Part shown: piece after piece, positions 18,717 through 27,917 of the stretch
How the letters are laid out: every line of letters begins with the position of its first letter
Position numbering within the stretch: the stretch's first letter is position 1
Assembly: GCA_019235885.1 (NCBI GenBank)
Contig: JAFAKB010000005.1
Location: 21,409-85,408, forward strand
Source: Vulcanimicrobiota bacterium
GTDB lineage: Bacteria; Vulcanimicrobiota; Vulcanimicrobiia; Vulcanimicrobiales; Vulcanimicrobiaceae
Direction of reading: 5' to 3'
DNA length: 64,000 nt
Position numbers and translations under genes: made by a program
Notes under the pieces: model-generated
What the model saw: the letters and a program-made list of their open reading frames with translations, nothing else
Databases searched by the model: none
Told to the model about the DNA's origin: nothing

Positions 18717-20066
18717 ATGGCTTTCTCTCGTACGTTCTTGGCGAGCGCGGCGCTGCTCGCGCTGAGCGCCGCCGCCCCGGCCCGCGCGGAGCTGCCCGCG
18801 CCGCCGCTCGATCCGGTGATCTCCGCCGCGCTGGCCCGCGTCTCGCCAGCGCAGCTGCGCGCGACCGACGAGCGGCTCGTCGCGTTCGGGACGCGCTCGA
18901 CGTTCTCCGAGAAGGCGGGGCCGCGGCGCGGCGTCTTCGCGGCGCGCGACTACCTCGTCGGCCGCTTCCGCGAGATCGCGCGCGGAACGCACGGTCGGAT
19001 GACCGTCAGCCTCGACACGTACACGCAGCCCGCGAACCCGCAGCAGCGCATCCCGCGCGAGGTGGTGATCTCTTCGGTGATCGCGACGCTCAAGGGCGAC
19101 GAACCCTCGGCGCGCACCTACGTGATCTCCAGCCACTACGACTCGCGGAACACCGACAACTACGACGGCGTCAATGACGCGCCGGGCGCCGACGACAACG
19201 GTTCGGCCGTTTCGCAAGCGGTCGAGGCGGCGCGGGTGCTGGCGAACGTGCCGCTGCACGCAACGGTCGTGTTCGCGTGCTTCGACGCCGAAGAGCAGGG
19301 GCTGTTCGGCAGCGCGCACTACGCCAAGACGTTGAAAGAAGCGAACGTCGACGTCGAGGGCAACCTGAACAGCGACATCATCGGCGCCTCGGTCGGCGAC
19401 GACGGCGTGAAGCGCGACGACTGGGTGCGCATCTTCTCGGAGTCGCTGCCGCCCGGAACGAACGTTTCGCGCGTCAACGTGATCGGCGGCGAGAACGACT
19501 CGCCGGCGCGCGAGCTGGCGCGCTTCGCGAAGGAAACCGGCGACGCGTACGGGACCGGGCTGCACGGCGTGCTGATCTACCGCGCCGACCGCTTTCTGCG
19601 CGGCGGCGACCAGGAGTCGTTCAGCGCGCAGAGCTTCCCGGCGATTCGCTTCGTCGAGCCGGTCGAGAACTTCAACCACCAGCACCAGAACGTGCGCGTG
19701 GAGAACGGCGTGCAATACGGCGATCTGCTGCAGTACGTCGACTTCGACTACCTCGCGAAGGTGACGCGCTACAACGTCGCCGCGCTGGCGACGCTCGCCC
19801 TCGCGCCGGCGACGCCGAAGGTCGGCATGGACGCCGCGCAGCTCAGCAACGACACGACGCTGCGCTGGGCGCGCGTCCCCGGCGCGGCGCGCTACGAGGT
19901 CCTTCGCCGCGCGACGACCGATCCGGCCTGGACGAACGTCCAAGACGTCGGCGACGTCACCAGCGCGACGCTGAAGTTCTCCAAGGACAACTGGCTCTTC
20001 GGCGTGCGCGCGGTCGACGCGCAAGGCCACCGCTCCCCGGCCGGGTACCCGGCGCCCTTGCGATAG
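18717..20066 (+). CDS. Secreted M28 family aminopeptidase with C-terminal FN3-like domain
   Basis: Signal peptide (ALLALSAAAPARA). Metal-ligand motifs SHYDS, PGADDNGS and FDAEEQGLFGS. Confidence 0.85.
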   Translation: MAFSRTFLASAALLALSAAAPARAELPAPPLDPVISAALARVSPAQLRATDERLVAFGTRSTFSEKAGPRRGVFAARDYLVGRFREIARGTHGRMTVSLDTYTQPANPQQRIPREVVISSVIATLKGDEPSARTYVISSHYDSRNTDNYDGVNDAPGADDNGSAVSQAVEAARVLANVPLHATVVFACFDAEEQGLFGSAHYAKTLKEANVDVEGNLNSDIIGASVGDDGVKRDDWVRIFSESLPPGTNVSRVNVIGGENDSPARELARFAKETGDAYGTGLHGVLIYRADRFLRGGDQESFSAQSFPAIRFVEPVENFNHQHQNVRVENGVQYGDLLQYVDFDYLAKVTRYNVAALATLALAPATPKVGMDAAQLSNDTTLRWARVPGAARYEVLRRATTDPAWTNVQDVGDVTSATLKFSKDNWLFGVRAVDAQGHRSPAGYPAPLR

Positions 20067-20067
20067 T

Positions 20068-21354
20068 TTAGATCACCCCGTTGGCGCGCAGCTCGCGCAG
20101 CGAGGCGTCGATTGCGTCCGCGGTGAGCGCGACGTCGTCGTCGGAGTGGGCGGTCGAGAGGAACATCACTTCGTTGTGCGAGGGTGGGAGGAGGACGCCG
20201 CGCGCACGCATCGCGTGGTAGAAGGCGGCGTACGCGCGCTGGTCGCTGCGCTGCTGGTCGTCGTACGAGCGGGTCGGCGGGCCAGGACGGAACTTGAAGT
20301 CGAGGATCGACTCCAGCTGTACGACGGCGTACCCTAATTCGAGCGCGCGCAGCGTCGTGCGGATGCTTTCGGCCAGCGCGCTCGCGCTGTGATCCATCTC
20401 GGCGTAGAGCCGCGGTCCTTCTTCTTCGAGATGGTCCAGCACGCGCAGTCCCAGCGCGGCGGCGAACGGCATCCCGGCGTGCGTCCCGCCGGTGAAGCAC
20501 GGGCCGTCGGGCGCGAGCACCGCCATGACGTCGGCGCGGCCGCCGAACGCCGCTAACGGAAAACCGCCGCCGAGGACCTTGCCGACGGTCGTGAGATCGG
20601 GCGTGACGCCGAGGCGTGTTTGCGCCCCGCCGAGGCCGAGCCGCAGCCAGGTGATGATCTCGTCGAAGATCAGCAGGGCGCCGCAGCGGTCGGCGCGCTC
20701 GCGCAAGCCTTCGACGAAGCCGGGTGCGGTTTCGACGAGCCCCATGTTGCCGCAGATCGGCTCGACCAGAATTGCCGCAAGCCGATCGCCGACGCGCTCG
20801 AGCACGCGGTCGACGTCGTCGAGATCGTTGTAGCGCGCGACCGCGAGATCGCCGAGCACCGCGCGGGGGATCCCCGAGTGCGCCGCGTCCAGCGTCTCCG
20901 CCGACGCGCCCGCGTCTTGCAGCGCGAGATCGAAGTGGCCGTGGTAGTTGCCCGAAAACTTCAGCACGGCGTCGCGGCCGGTGAACGCGCGCGCGACGCG
21001 CACGGCGCTCTGCACCGCTTCGCTGCCGGTCGTCGTGAAGCGCAGCTTCTGCATCGACGGAAGGTGCGCGCGAATCCGCGCGGCGAGCGCGAGCTCGTCG
21101 GGTGCCGTCGAACCGTGAACGACGCCGCGCGCGGCGAGCGCGTCCAAACTGTGCAGAAACGGCGGCTTGTGGCCGAACAGCAGCGGGCCGTACGCCATGA
21201 CGTAGTCGACGTAGCGGCGGTCCTCTACGTCGTACGCGTACGGTCCTTCCGCACGCGCGCACACGAACGGTTCGCCGCCGACACGGCGTCCGGCGCGCAC
21301 CGGCGAGCTGGCGCCGCCGGCCAGAACGTCGTCAAGCGCGGCGCGAGAGTGCAT
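20068..21354 (-). CDS. hemL: Glutamate-1-semialdehyde 2,1-aminomutase-like class III aminotransferase
   Basis: 428-aa C-terminal part of the track ORF, starting at MHSRAALDD. Motifs LIFDEIITWLRLGLGGAQ and PDLTTVGKVLGGGFPLAAFGGR. Confidence 0.75.
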   Translation of the reverse strand: MHSRAALDDVLAGGASSPVRAGRRVGGEPFVCARAEGPYAYDVEDRRYVDYVMAYGPLLFGHKPPFLHSLDALAARGVVHGSTAPDELALAARIRAHLPSMQKLRFTTTGSEAVQSAVRVARAFTGRDAVLKFSGNYHGHFDLALQDAGASAETLDAAHSGIPRAVLGDLAVARYNDLDDVDRVLERVGDRLAAILVEPICGNMGLVETAPGFVEGLRERADRCGALLIFDEIITWLRLGLGGAQTRLGVTPDLTTVGKVLGGGFPLAAFGGRADVMAVLAPDGPCFTGGTHAGMPFAAALGLRVLDHLEEEGPRLYAEMDHSASALAESIRTTLRALELGYAVVQLESILDFKFRPGPPTRSYDDQQRSDQRAYAAFYHAMRARGVLLPPSHNEVMFLSTAHSDDDVALTADAIDASLRELRANGVI

Positions 21355-21356
21355 GT

Positions 21357-21986
21357 TCACGATACGGCCAGTATACGCGATGCAGCGGCGTCCGCTTCCC
21401 GCGGAAGCAGCAACGCGCCGTCGGCGAGCGCGGCACGGTTTCCGCTTGCGCCGCCGTCGAGGACGAACCGCGCGCGCCCGAGGTCGCGCGCAAACCGCAT
21501 GGTGTGCATCGCCCCGCCCGCGAGATCGGAAACGATGAGGACGACGGCCTCGGCGTGCGCGGCCTGCAGCCGGTCGCGGCGCATCAGCGACCACTCCGTC
21601 GCATCGTCGTTCGGGTTCGAGCGTTCGGAGGCCAACGCGCCGCCGCACGCGACGATCGTTGCGGCCAGCTCGGCGTGCTCGGGCGGAAACGTGCGCGCGA
21701 GCCCGGTTCCGACGTACGCGACGGTGGGCAGCCCGGCGTCCAGCGCGCCGCGGTGCGCCGCCGCGTCGATCCCGCGCGCGAGCCCGCTGATCACCGGGCG
21801 GCCGAGTCGCGCTGCCAGCCGGCGGGCGAACGCGCCCGCGTCTTCTTCCGCATCGCGTGCACCGACGATTGCGATGCCGCCGGCCGGCAGCATGCCGCGC
21901 ACGGTCAGAAACGCCGGCGGATCGCGCAAGTCCCGCAGCCCGCGCGGCCATTCGTCATCGTCCGGCGTGATGATCCGATCGTTCAC
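21357..21986 (-). CDS. dprA: DNA-processing protein DprA/Smf (Rossmann core only, short form)
   Basis: GTG at 21986. Motifs IAIVGARDA, VISGLARGIDAAAHRGAL and TVAYVGTGL..FPPEH. Confidence 0.75.
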   Translation of the reverse strand: MNDRIITPDDDEWPRGLRDLRDPPAFLTVRGMLPAGGIAIVGARDAEEDAGAFARRLAARLGRPVISGLARGIDAAAHRGALDAGLPTVAYVGTGLARTFPPEHAELAATIVACGGALASERSNPNDDATEWSLMRRDRLQAAHAEAVVLIVSDLAGGAMHTMRFARDLGRARFVLDGGASGNRAALADGALLLPREADAAASRILAVS

Positions 21987-22124
21987 TCGCTTGCCGCGTT
22001 CGACTCGGCCGCGGCAGGCGCCCGGCGCCGTCGAAACGGCTCCCTCATTCGTGGGGTGAAGCGCCGGAGGTGGCCCGGTTTCGGGCGTTTCTCGCCTCGG
22101 CGGTGCGTTTACAATAGCGGCGCT

Positions 22125-22613
22125 ATGGAACACAAAGCCGCGAAAATCGGAACCAGTCTCGCAGCAGCGGTCCTCGGCCTCGGGCTGCCGGCGGTGGCGT
22201 CGGCGCAAGAGTATCCTTCCACCGATCTCCAGCCAACCGACCAGACGACGCTCGACCAGACAGTGAGCGCACCGGAGCTGCCGACGATCAGCCAAGCGGT
22301 CGCGAACATGGGCGCGCAGGCGCAAATGCTTTCGAACCTCGGGCAGATCAGCTCGGACGACGTCGCGATGGTCTCGCTCAACGACATCGGGCTCGGCGCC
22401 GACCAGCGCTACACCTTGATGCAGAGCGTCGATCCTTCCCAGGCGGCCACGCTGCAGCAGGCGCTGCAGAACGTCCAGGTCGCCGAGAACAACTCGCTCG
22501 CCGGCCAGCCGCGAACGCTCGCGGAGCACCTCCAGACGATGGGCGTCGACCCGTCCAGCGTGGTAGCCGCGAACGTCGGCGACGACGGCACGGTGACAAT
22601 CTACTACCAGTAG
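22125..22613 (+). CDS. Small secreted hypothetical protein
   Basis: ATG at 22125 and signal peptide (SLAAAVLGLGLPAVASA). Gln/Ser/Thr-rich. Followed by a strong terminator. Confidence 0.6.
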   Translation: MEHKAAKIGTSLAAAVLGLGLPAVASAQEYPSTDLQPTDQTTLDQTVSAPELPTISQAVANMGAQAQMLSNLGQISSDDVAMVSLNDIGLGADQRYTLMQSVDPSQAATLQQALQNVQVAENNSLAGQPRTLAEHLQTMGVDPSSVVAANVGDDGTVTIYYQ

Positions 22614-22640
22614 TCGTCCGAGCACAACGAAACCGAACGA

Positions 22641-22672
22641 GCGGGGGCCTTTCGTCGCCCCCGTTCTTTCTT
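22641..22672 (+). terminator. Rho-independent terminator
   Basis: Stem gcgggggc/gcccccgt (8 bp including one G-U) with loop ctttcgtc, followed by tctttctt. Confidence 0.7.
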
Positions 22673-22701
22673 GCGCGAGGGCGCCTGCGGTTCCGGACGA
22701 A

Positions 22702-23826
22702 GTGACGCGAGCCATGCCGAGCACCACGACGTACCGTGCCGACCACGTCGGCAGCTTCCTACGCCCGAAAGAGCTGCTCGATCTGCGCCACGCCGGCGCG
22801 GATCCCGAGCAATTGCGCGAGGTCGAGGACCGCGAGATCTTGCGCGTGCTCGGGAAGCAGAAAGAGCTCGGCTTCGAGCTGTTCACCGACGGCGAGTTCC
22901 GCCGCGGCGGGTTCATGACCGACCTGACCGACGCGGTGGAAGGCTTCGACACGCACGAAGGCATCGCGCGAACGTGGAGCGCGTCAGGCGCAGCGCAAGG
23001 GACCGCGCCGAGCGCGGTGCGCGGGATCGTCACCGAGAAATTGCGCCAGACCCGCCGGCTGACGGCGCACGAGCTGCCTTTTCTGCAGCAGCACAGCCCG
23101 GGTCCGATCAAGATGACGCTGCCGAGCGCGACGCAGTTTCCGGCGATCTCGTACAAGAAAGAGATCAGCGAGCGCGCCTATCCGAACCATTCGGCGTTTC
23201 TCGCCGACGTGGTGGAGATCGTCAAGGGCGAGACGAAAGCGCTCGCCGAGGACGGCGTCGCGTACATCCAAATCGACGCGCCGCGCTACAGCTACTACCT
23301 CGACCCGAAGTGGCGGGACTTTCTGCGTGCGGAGTTCGGCGAGCCCGACGCGCTGCTCGACGAAGCGATCGCCGCCGACAACGCCTGCTTCCGCGCCGCT
23401 CGCAAGCCCGGCGTAACGCTCGCGATCCACCTCTGCCGCGGCAACAACCGGAGCCAGTGGTACGCCTCCGGCGGCTACGACGCGATCGCCGAAAAGCTCT
23501 TCAACCAGCTCGAGGTCGACCGCTTCCTGCTCGAGTACGACGACGAGCGCTCCGGCACGTTCGAACCGCTCCGCTTCGTCCCGAAAGGCAAGACGGTCGT
23601 CCTGGGGCTGGTCAGCTCGAAAAAGCCTGAGCGCGAGAATTCCGACGAGCTCGTGCGCCGCATCGAAGCAGCAAGCAAGTACGTGCCACTCGATAATTTA
23701 GCGCTCAGCCCGCAGTGCGGCTTCGCCTCAATGGCGGAAGGTAATCTCCTCAGCGAAGACGACCAGTGGGCGAAGCTGAAAGTCGTCGTCGACACCAGCC
23801 GCCGCGTGTGGGGATCGGCGGCCTAG
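22702..23826 (+). CDS. Cobalamin-independent methionine synthase II family (MetE C-terminal domain-like) protein
   Basis: N-terminal YRADHVGSFLRP typical of the family. LHLCRGN and LSPQCGFAS metal-ligand motifs. Confidence 0.8.
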   Translation: MTRAMPSTTTYRADHVGSFLRPKELLDLRHAGADPEQLREVEDREILRVLGKQKELGFELFTDGEFRRGGFMTDLTDAVEGFDTHEGIARTWSASGAAQGTAPSAVRGIVTEKLRQTRRLTAHELPFLQQHSPGPIKMTLPSATQFPAISYKKEISERAYPNHSAFLADVVEIVKGETKALAEDGVAYIQIDAPRYSYYLDPKWRDFLRAEFGEPDALLDEAIAADNACFRAARKPGVTLAIHLCRGNNRSQWYASGGYDAIAEKLFNQLEVDRFLLEYDDERSGTFEPLRFVPKGKTVVLGLVSSKKPERENSDELVRRIEAASKYVPLDNLALSPQCGFASMAEGNLLSEDDQWAKLKVVVDTSRRVWGSAA

Positions 23827-23869
23827 ACCGTCCCGTTGGGTACCATGCCGGTATGCTGGAAGACGGACG

Positions 23870-24559
23870 ATGAACTTGCGATCTCCGGTCACCGTGACGG
23901 TCGGCGTGCTCGTCGTTCTGGTCGGCCTCCTCTTCGGCGCAATGCTCGCACTCCTCACGCGGCCCTCGAACCAGCAGACGCAGCGCATCGACGTCGCAAG
24001 CACGACTACAAGCACTCCCCCACGCGCGCTGCATAGCCGCCCGCCGGCCACTCCAAAGACCGCCGCGCCCACCGCAACACACACGGACCCAGCAACACCG
24101 ACCGCGACTGCCACGCCGGTGGCGACTGCCACACCGGTCCCGACTGGCACGCCGGTCGCGATTGCGACGGATTCTGCGTCCACGCCGTCTGAGCCGGTTG
24201 TCGCGCAGCGAGCGGGCGTTTGGCGGATTCAGGAAGCGAACGTTCAGGTCGGTACGATTGTTTGGGCCGGCCGAGGCGCCGCATCGAGCGGCGGCAACGC
24301 GATCGCGCTCAACGTCCATAAAGAAAGCGTCGCCGGTCACGGCGTGTCGCTTTGCGAGCGCCAAACGACGCTTCACGCGGTCGTAACCGCCGGCGCATCC
24401 CCGCAAACCGTCCCCTACCAAGAAGTGAACTGCTCGGGCGCCACGTCGAACGGCGAGATGCGTGTCAGCAGCTTTTCCGGCGACGGCCGCTCGTTCAGCG
24501 GCAGCTTCTGGAGCAGCGGATCAAAACTCGGCGACTTCACCGCGCAAGGTGGACCGTAA
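23870..24559 (+). CDS. Membrane-anchored hypothetical protein with Pro/Thr/Ala-rich linker
   Basis: N-terminal TM (VTVGVLVVLVGLLFGAMLALL), a PT-rich spacer, then a beta-rich C-terminal domain. Confidence 0.55.
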   Translation: MNLRSPVTVTVGVLVVLVGLLFGAMLALLTRPSNQQTQRIDVASTTTSTPPRALHSRPPATPKTAAPTATHTDPATPTATATPVATATPVPTGTPVAIATDSASTPSEPVVAQRAGVWRIQEANVQVGTIVWAGRGAASSGGNAIALNVHKESVAGHGVSLCERQTTLHAVVTAGASPQTVPYQEVNCSGATSNGEMRVSSFSGDGRSFSGSFWSSGSKLGDFTAQGGP

Positions 24560-24702
24560 GTTAGGTATGTTCTCCGCGCAAGCATTTTGCTAAGATATTT
24601 ATAGGGCGACGTCCGTCGCAAACGCACTGTCGCCACGCAACAAAGCGGCCTGATCGGTGCAGGAACACCGACCAGGCCCGTCACCCGATGGAGAAGCATC
24701 GA

Positions 24703-24777
24703 ATGACCATTCGCATATTCGGCGGATCACTCCAAATCCCGTCCGCAAACCTGCGCGATCGGGACGGCGGGAAGTGA
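24703..24777 (+). pseudogene. Internally deleted remnant (24 codons) of the HTH gene seen intact at 47235-47498
   Basis: MTIRIFGGS.. aligns with MTHRLFGAS.. of the intact copy. About 63 codons, including the HTH core, are missing. Its stop overlaps the GTG of the next gene (GTGA). Confidence 0.6.
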
Positions 24778-25097
24778 TCAAGAACGTCGTGCCTTTCAAG
24801 GTACCGGACATCTTCGCGCACCTCGGCATTGATTGGACGAGAGCAGCCACAACCCAACGCGAGCGCCTGCTGCGCGAGGCATTCCTCACGCAAGAAACCT
24901 CCTGCGGTATAAGCGGCCTGGTCTCGCTTCTCCTCTTGGCCGTCGTGTCGCGCCGTCAAGGCGCCGTCGCCGAAGATCTCAAAGCCGCGGCCGACTTCGC
25001 CGAGGTTATCTTGGCCATGGAGTTACGAAAGCACCAAGACGACACGCTGGCGGCGGTACAGTCATACGTCGACAACAACGGACCCCTTTGGTCCTAG
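24774..25097 (+). CDS. 107-aa hypothetical protein, paralog A of 47495-47815
   Basis: About 80 percent identical (my manual alignment, ~84/105) to the product of 47495-47815: KNVVPFK..LGIDWTRAA..ERLLREAFLT..SGLVSLLLL.VVSRRQGAVAEDL..AADFAE.ILAMELRKHQ. Confidence 0.7.
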   Translation: MIKNVVPFKVPDIFAHLGIDWTRAATTQRERLLREAFLTQETSCGISGLVSLLLLAVVSRRQGAVAEDLKAAADFAEVILAMELRKHQDDTLAAVQSYVDNNGPLWS

Positions 25098-25142
25098 CGG
25101 CTGCAGCCGAGCGACCCTGTCAAATACGCATTACAAACCTTC

Positions 25143-25625
25143 GTGGCAAAACAGTTGAACGTCCGCTATTGGATTGACGTCATCCGAATATTCCTGCGCG
25201 AACTGATCGAGGCGATGTCTCTGGTGGTAGGCCTTGGACTGCTCCCGGTCGGAGCACACTACCTATTCTCGTTGGAAAAGCCAGCAGACACTCGAGCGTG
25301 GGTTGTACCAGAGCTTTATCTCTTTGTCATGGTAGCATGTGGCCAAGCTGCGGCTGAGGCTTTTCGCGATGCAGACCGCGGACTCGCGCGGACGCTGGCT
25401 GGAATTGCAAGTTCGCTGGGTGTGCTGGTCGGCGCTGGGGCTTACGGAGTCCTTTATGTTCAGCCTAGTTCGATTGAAGCAGTTCTCGTGGACGAGTGGC
25501 TCCGTTCTAATGTAGTCCATGTTATGCTATCTGTGGCCGCCGGGTACAGCCTTTACCGCGGAAGTCGCCTTTTCAGGGACGCGCGCACCGAGGCAGCGAA
25601 GACCCGAAAACATCAAGCCCACTAG
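25143..25625 (+). CDS. Hypothetical 4-TM membrane protein (low G+C)
   Basis: GTG start. Hydrophobic helices (LVVGLGLLPVGAHYLF; LYLFVMVACGQAAA; LAGIASSLGVLVGAGAYGVLYV; VVHVMLSVAAGYSLY). Co-directional with paralog A. Confidence 0.55.
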   Translation: MAKQLNVRYWIDVIRIFLRELIEAMSLVVGLGLLPVGAHYLFSLEKPADTRAWVVPELYLFVMVACGQAAAEAFRDADRGLARTLAGIASSLGVLVGAGAYGVLYVQPSSIEAVLVDEWLRSNVVHVMLSVAAGYSLYRGSRLFRDARTEAAKTRKHQAH

Positions 25626-25632
25626 GAGCGCC

Positions 25633-25773
25633 ATGAAAGATCCTCTTGTTACCGCCTTCATCGTCATTTTGGTCGCCTTCGTCGTAACCGGCACCGCGGC
25701 GACAATCTACAACTTGCTTACGTTCTTGAAGCGCTCCGACGAAGGGGGTCAACGGCGAGGGCTTCCGCGTTAG
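25633..25773 (+). CDS. 46-aa single-TM mini-protein
   Basis: ATG at 25633 preceded by AGGAG (25624-25628). MKDPLVTAFIVILVAFVVTGTAATIYNLL, then a basic tail. Confidence 0.45.
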   Translation: MKDPLVTAFIVILVAFVVTGTAATIYNLLTFLKRSDEGGQRRGLPR

Positions 25774-25908
25774 GTTTTTGTCCCGCAGCCTACGACAGCC
25801 GACGCGACGATAAGGACCAGCTCTACCGCCGTGCCTTTGGACGGCCACCCTACCGCCGGTTCTTGGACGAAGTGGAACGCAGAGACCGCCCTACGGAGAT
25901 GCCGCGCG

Positions 25909-26286
25909 TCAGCGGCTGCGAACGATCATCAGGGCGCCAAGCAGGAACAGTGCCACAATGCCGAGCCCCGCTGCGGCTGGCGCGACGACAAGGCCGAGGA
26001 CGACGCCGGTCAGGGAGACGCCGATCCAGAACGGGGCGGGCGAGTGGGTGACGTAGGTGCCGACGTGTTCGCCGGCGGCTTCGGCCGGGGTTGCCTTCTT
26101 CTTGTCGGCGTACAGGTCGGCGTCGCGCTCGGCGAAGACCATGTACAGCGCGACGACGGTGAGCGCGGCGGACATGAAACCGAGCAGCATCGTTCCGGCC
26201 GGGTCGTGCGCCACCAGCCAGTACACGAGCGCGATGGTCGCCGAGAAGACCGCCGACGAGACGAACAGCATCAAACCGGTCTTCAC
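25909..26286 (-). CDS. ctaF: Cytochrome c oxidase subunit IV (actinobacterial CtaF type)
   Basis: 125 aa with 4 hydrophobic helices. Its GTG overlaps the ctaD stop (GTGA at 26283-26286). Confidence 0.65.
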   Translation of the reverse strand: MKTGLMLFVSSAVFSATIALVYWLVAHDPAGTMLLGFMSAALTVVALYMVFAERDADLYADKKKATPAEAAGEHVGTYVTHSPAPFWIGVSLTGVVLGLVVAPAAAGLGIVALFLLGALMIVRSR

Positions 26287-27917
26287 GTCGGCCGAGCCTC
26301 CGGCGCCTTGGCATACTCCACGCCGCGGAGCGGGCGTGCCGAGCGGATCGGCGGCAGCTCGTGGAAGTTGTGCTCCGGCGGCGGCGAGCTCGTCGCCCAC
26401 TCCAGCGTGTAGCCCTGCCACGGGTTGTCGCCCGCCGGCTCGCGGCGGCGCGCCGAGACGACGACGTTCACCACGAACAGAATTCCGCCGAGCAGCAGCA
26501 GGTATGCGCCCACGGTCGCGACGGCGTTGAGCGCGGGCAGCGCCCCGGTCGCGGGATAGGTGAAGACGCGGCGCGGCATCCCGAAGACGCCCATGAAGAA
26601 CATGGGCAAGAACGTCATGTTGAAGCCGACGAACGTCAGCCAGAAGCCGATCTTGCCGAGCCCCTCGCCGAGCCGCCAGCCGTACACCTTGGGCCACCAG
26701 TAGTACAGCGCCGCGAACAGCGCAAAGAAGCTCCCGCCGCCGATCGTGTAGTGGAAGTGGGCGACGACGAAGTACGAGTCTTGCGCGTGGAAGTCGAGCG
26801 GCGGCGAGGCGACCATCACCCCCGTGACCCCGCCGAGCAAGAAGTTCATCAGGAAGCCGAGCGCGTACAGCATCGGCGTCGTGTAGCGGATCGCACCGCC
26901 CCACATCGTGCAGATCCAGTTGAAGAACTTGATCCCGGTCGGCACCGCGATCAGGAACGACACCAGGCTGAAGAACGGGTTGTTCACGGCGCCGGTGGTG
27001 AACATGTGGTGCGCCCACACGCCCATCGAGAGCCCGGCGATCGCGAACGCGGAGAGCACCATTCCCGTGTAGCCGAACACCGGCCGCCCGGAGAACGTCG
27101 AGACGACCTCGCTGACGATGCCGAAATAGGGCAAGATCAGCACGTAGACCTCGGGATGTCCGAAGAACCAGAACAGGTGCTGGTAGAGGATTGCGCTACC
27201 GCCGAACGCGGGATCGAAGACGTGCCCGCCGAGCCGGCGGTCGACGAAGAGCAGCAGCAGCGTCGCGGTGAGCGAGGGAAACGCCATGAAGATGAGCAGC
27301 GCGGTGGCGATCATCTCCCAGGTGAAGATCGGCAGCCGCCACATCGTCATCCCGGGCGCGCGGTGGATGAACGCGGTCGTCACGAAGTTGATCGCGGTCA
27401 TGATCGAGGCGACCGAGACCATCGCCAAGCCGACGATCCAGAAGTCCTGGCCCAAGCCCGTCGAGATGGTGATGTCGGAGAGCGGCGCGTACGACGTCCA
27501 GCCCGCCGACGCCGCGCCTTCGTTCGTCGCCGCGCCGGCGAAGACGATCAGGCCGCCGAACAGGAACAGCCAGTACGACGTCGCGTTCAGGCGCGGAAAG
27601 GCCATGTCCGGCGCGCCGATCTGCAGCGGGATCAGATAGTTCGCCAGCCCGAGCGCGAACGGCGCGATGACGAGAAAGATCATCGCGGTGCCGTGCAGCG
27701 TGAAGATCTCGTTGTACTCGTGCGGCGGCAGCAGCGTCGCGCCGGGCACGGCGAGCTGCGTGCGCATCGCCATCGCGAGCAGCCCGGCGACCGCCATGAA
27801 CAGCAGCGTGGTGCCCATGTAGAGCACGCCGATCCGCTTGTGATCGGTCGTCGTGATCCAGGAGAGGATGTCGTGGCGCTCCGGCGGCGTCACGCGGTCC
27901 AGCACCGCCGCGCTCAT
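26283..27917 (-). CDS. ctaD: Cytochrome c oxidase subunit I
   Basis: WITTTDHKRIG, HGTAMIF, WAHHMF and HFHY heme/CuB ligand motifs. Start at MSAAVLD inside a longer track ORF. Confidence 0.95.
   Translation of the reverse strand: MSAAVLDRVTPPERHDILSWITTTDHKRIGVLYMGTTLLFMAVAGLLAMAMRTQLAVPGATLLPPHEYNEIFTLHGTAMIFLVIAPFALGLANYLIPLQIGAPDMAFPRLNATSYWLFLFGGLIVFAGAATNEGAASAGWTSYAPLSDITISTGLGQDFWIVGLAMVSVASIMTAINFVTTAFIHRAPGMTMWRLPIFTWEMIATALLIFMAFPSLTATLLLLFVDRRLGGHVFDPAFGGSAILYQHLFWFFGHPEVYVLILPYFGIVSEVVSTFSGRPVFGYTGMVLSAFAIAGLSMGVWAHHMFTTGAVNNPFFSLVSFLIAVPTGIKFFNWICTMWGGAIRYTTPMLYALGFLMNFLLGGVTGVMVASPPLDFHAQDSYFVVAHFHYTIGGGSFFALFAALYYWWPKVYGWRLGEGLGKIGFWLTFVGFNMTFLPMFFMGVFGMPRRVFTYPATGALPALNAVATVGAYLLLLGGILFVVNVVVSARRREPAGDNPWQGYTLEWATSSPPPEHNFHELPPIRSARPLRGVEYAKAPEARPT

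Noticed and set aside
22614-22701. Possible SAM or cobalamin riboswitch ahead of the MetE-like gene
   Set aside because: The gap is only 88 nt, and most of it is taken by the terminator hairpin of the upstream gene. That is too short for either riboswitch class, and no conserved core motifs were seen.
24040-24180. Repetitive gccac(g/a)ccggt.. stretch, considered as a tandem repeat or CRISPR-like array
   Set aside because: It is the in-frame Pro/Thr/Ala linker (ATPVATATPVPTGTPVA) of the 23870-24559 protein. There is no repeat-spacer periodicity.
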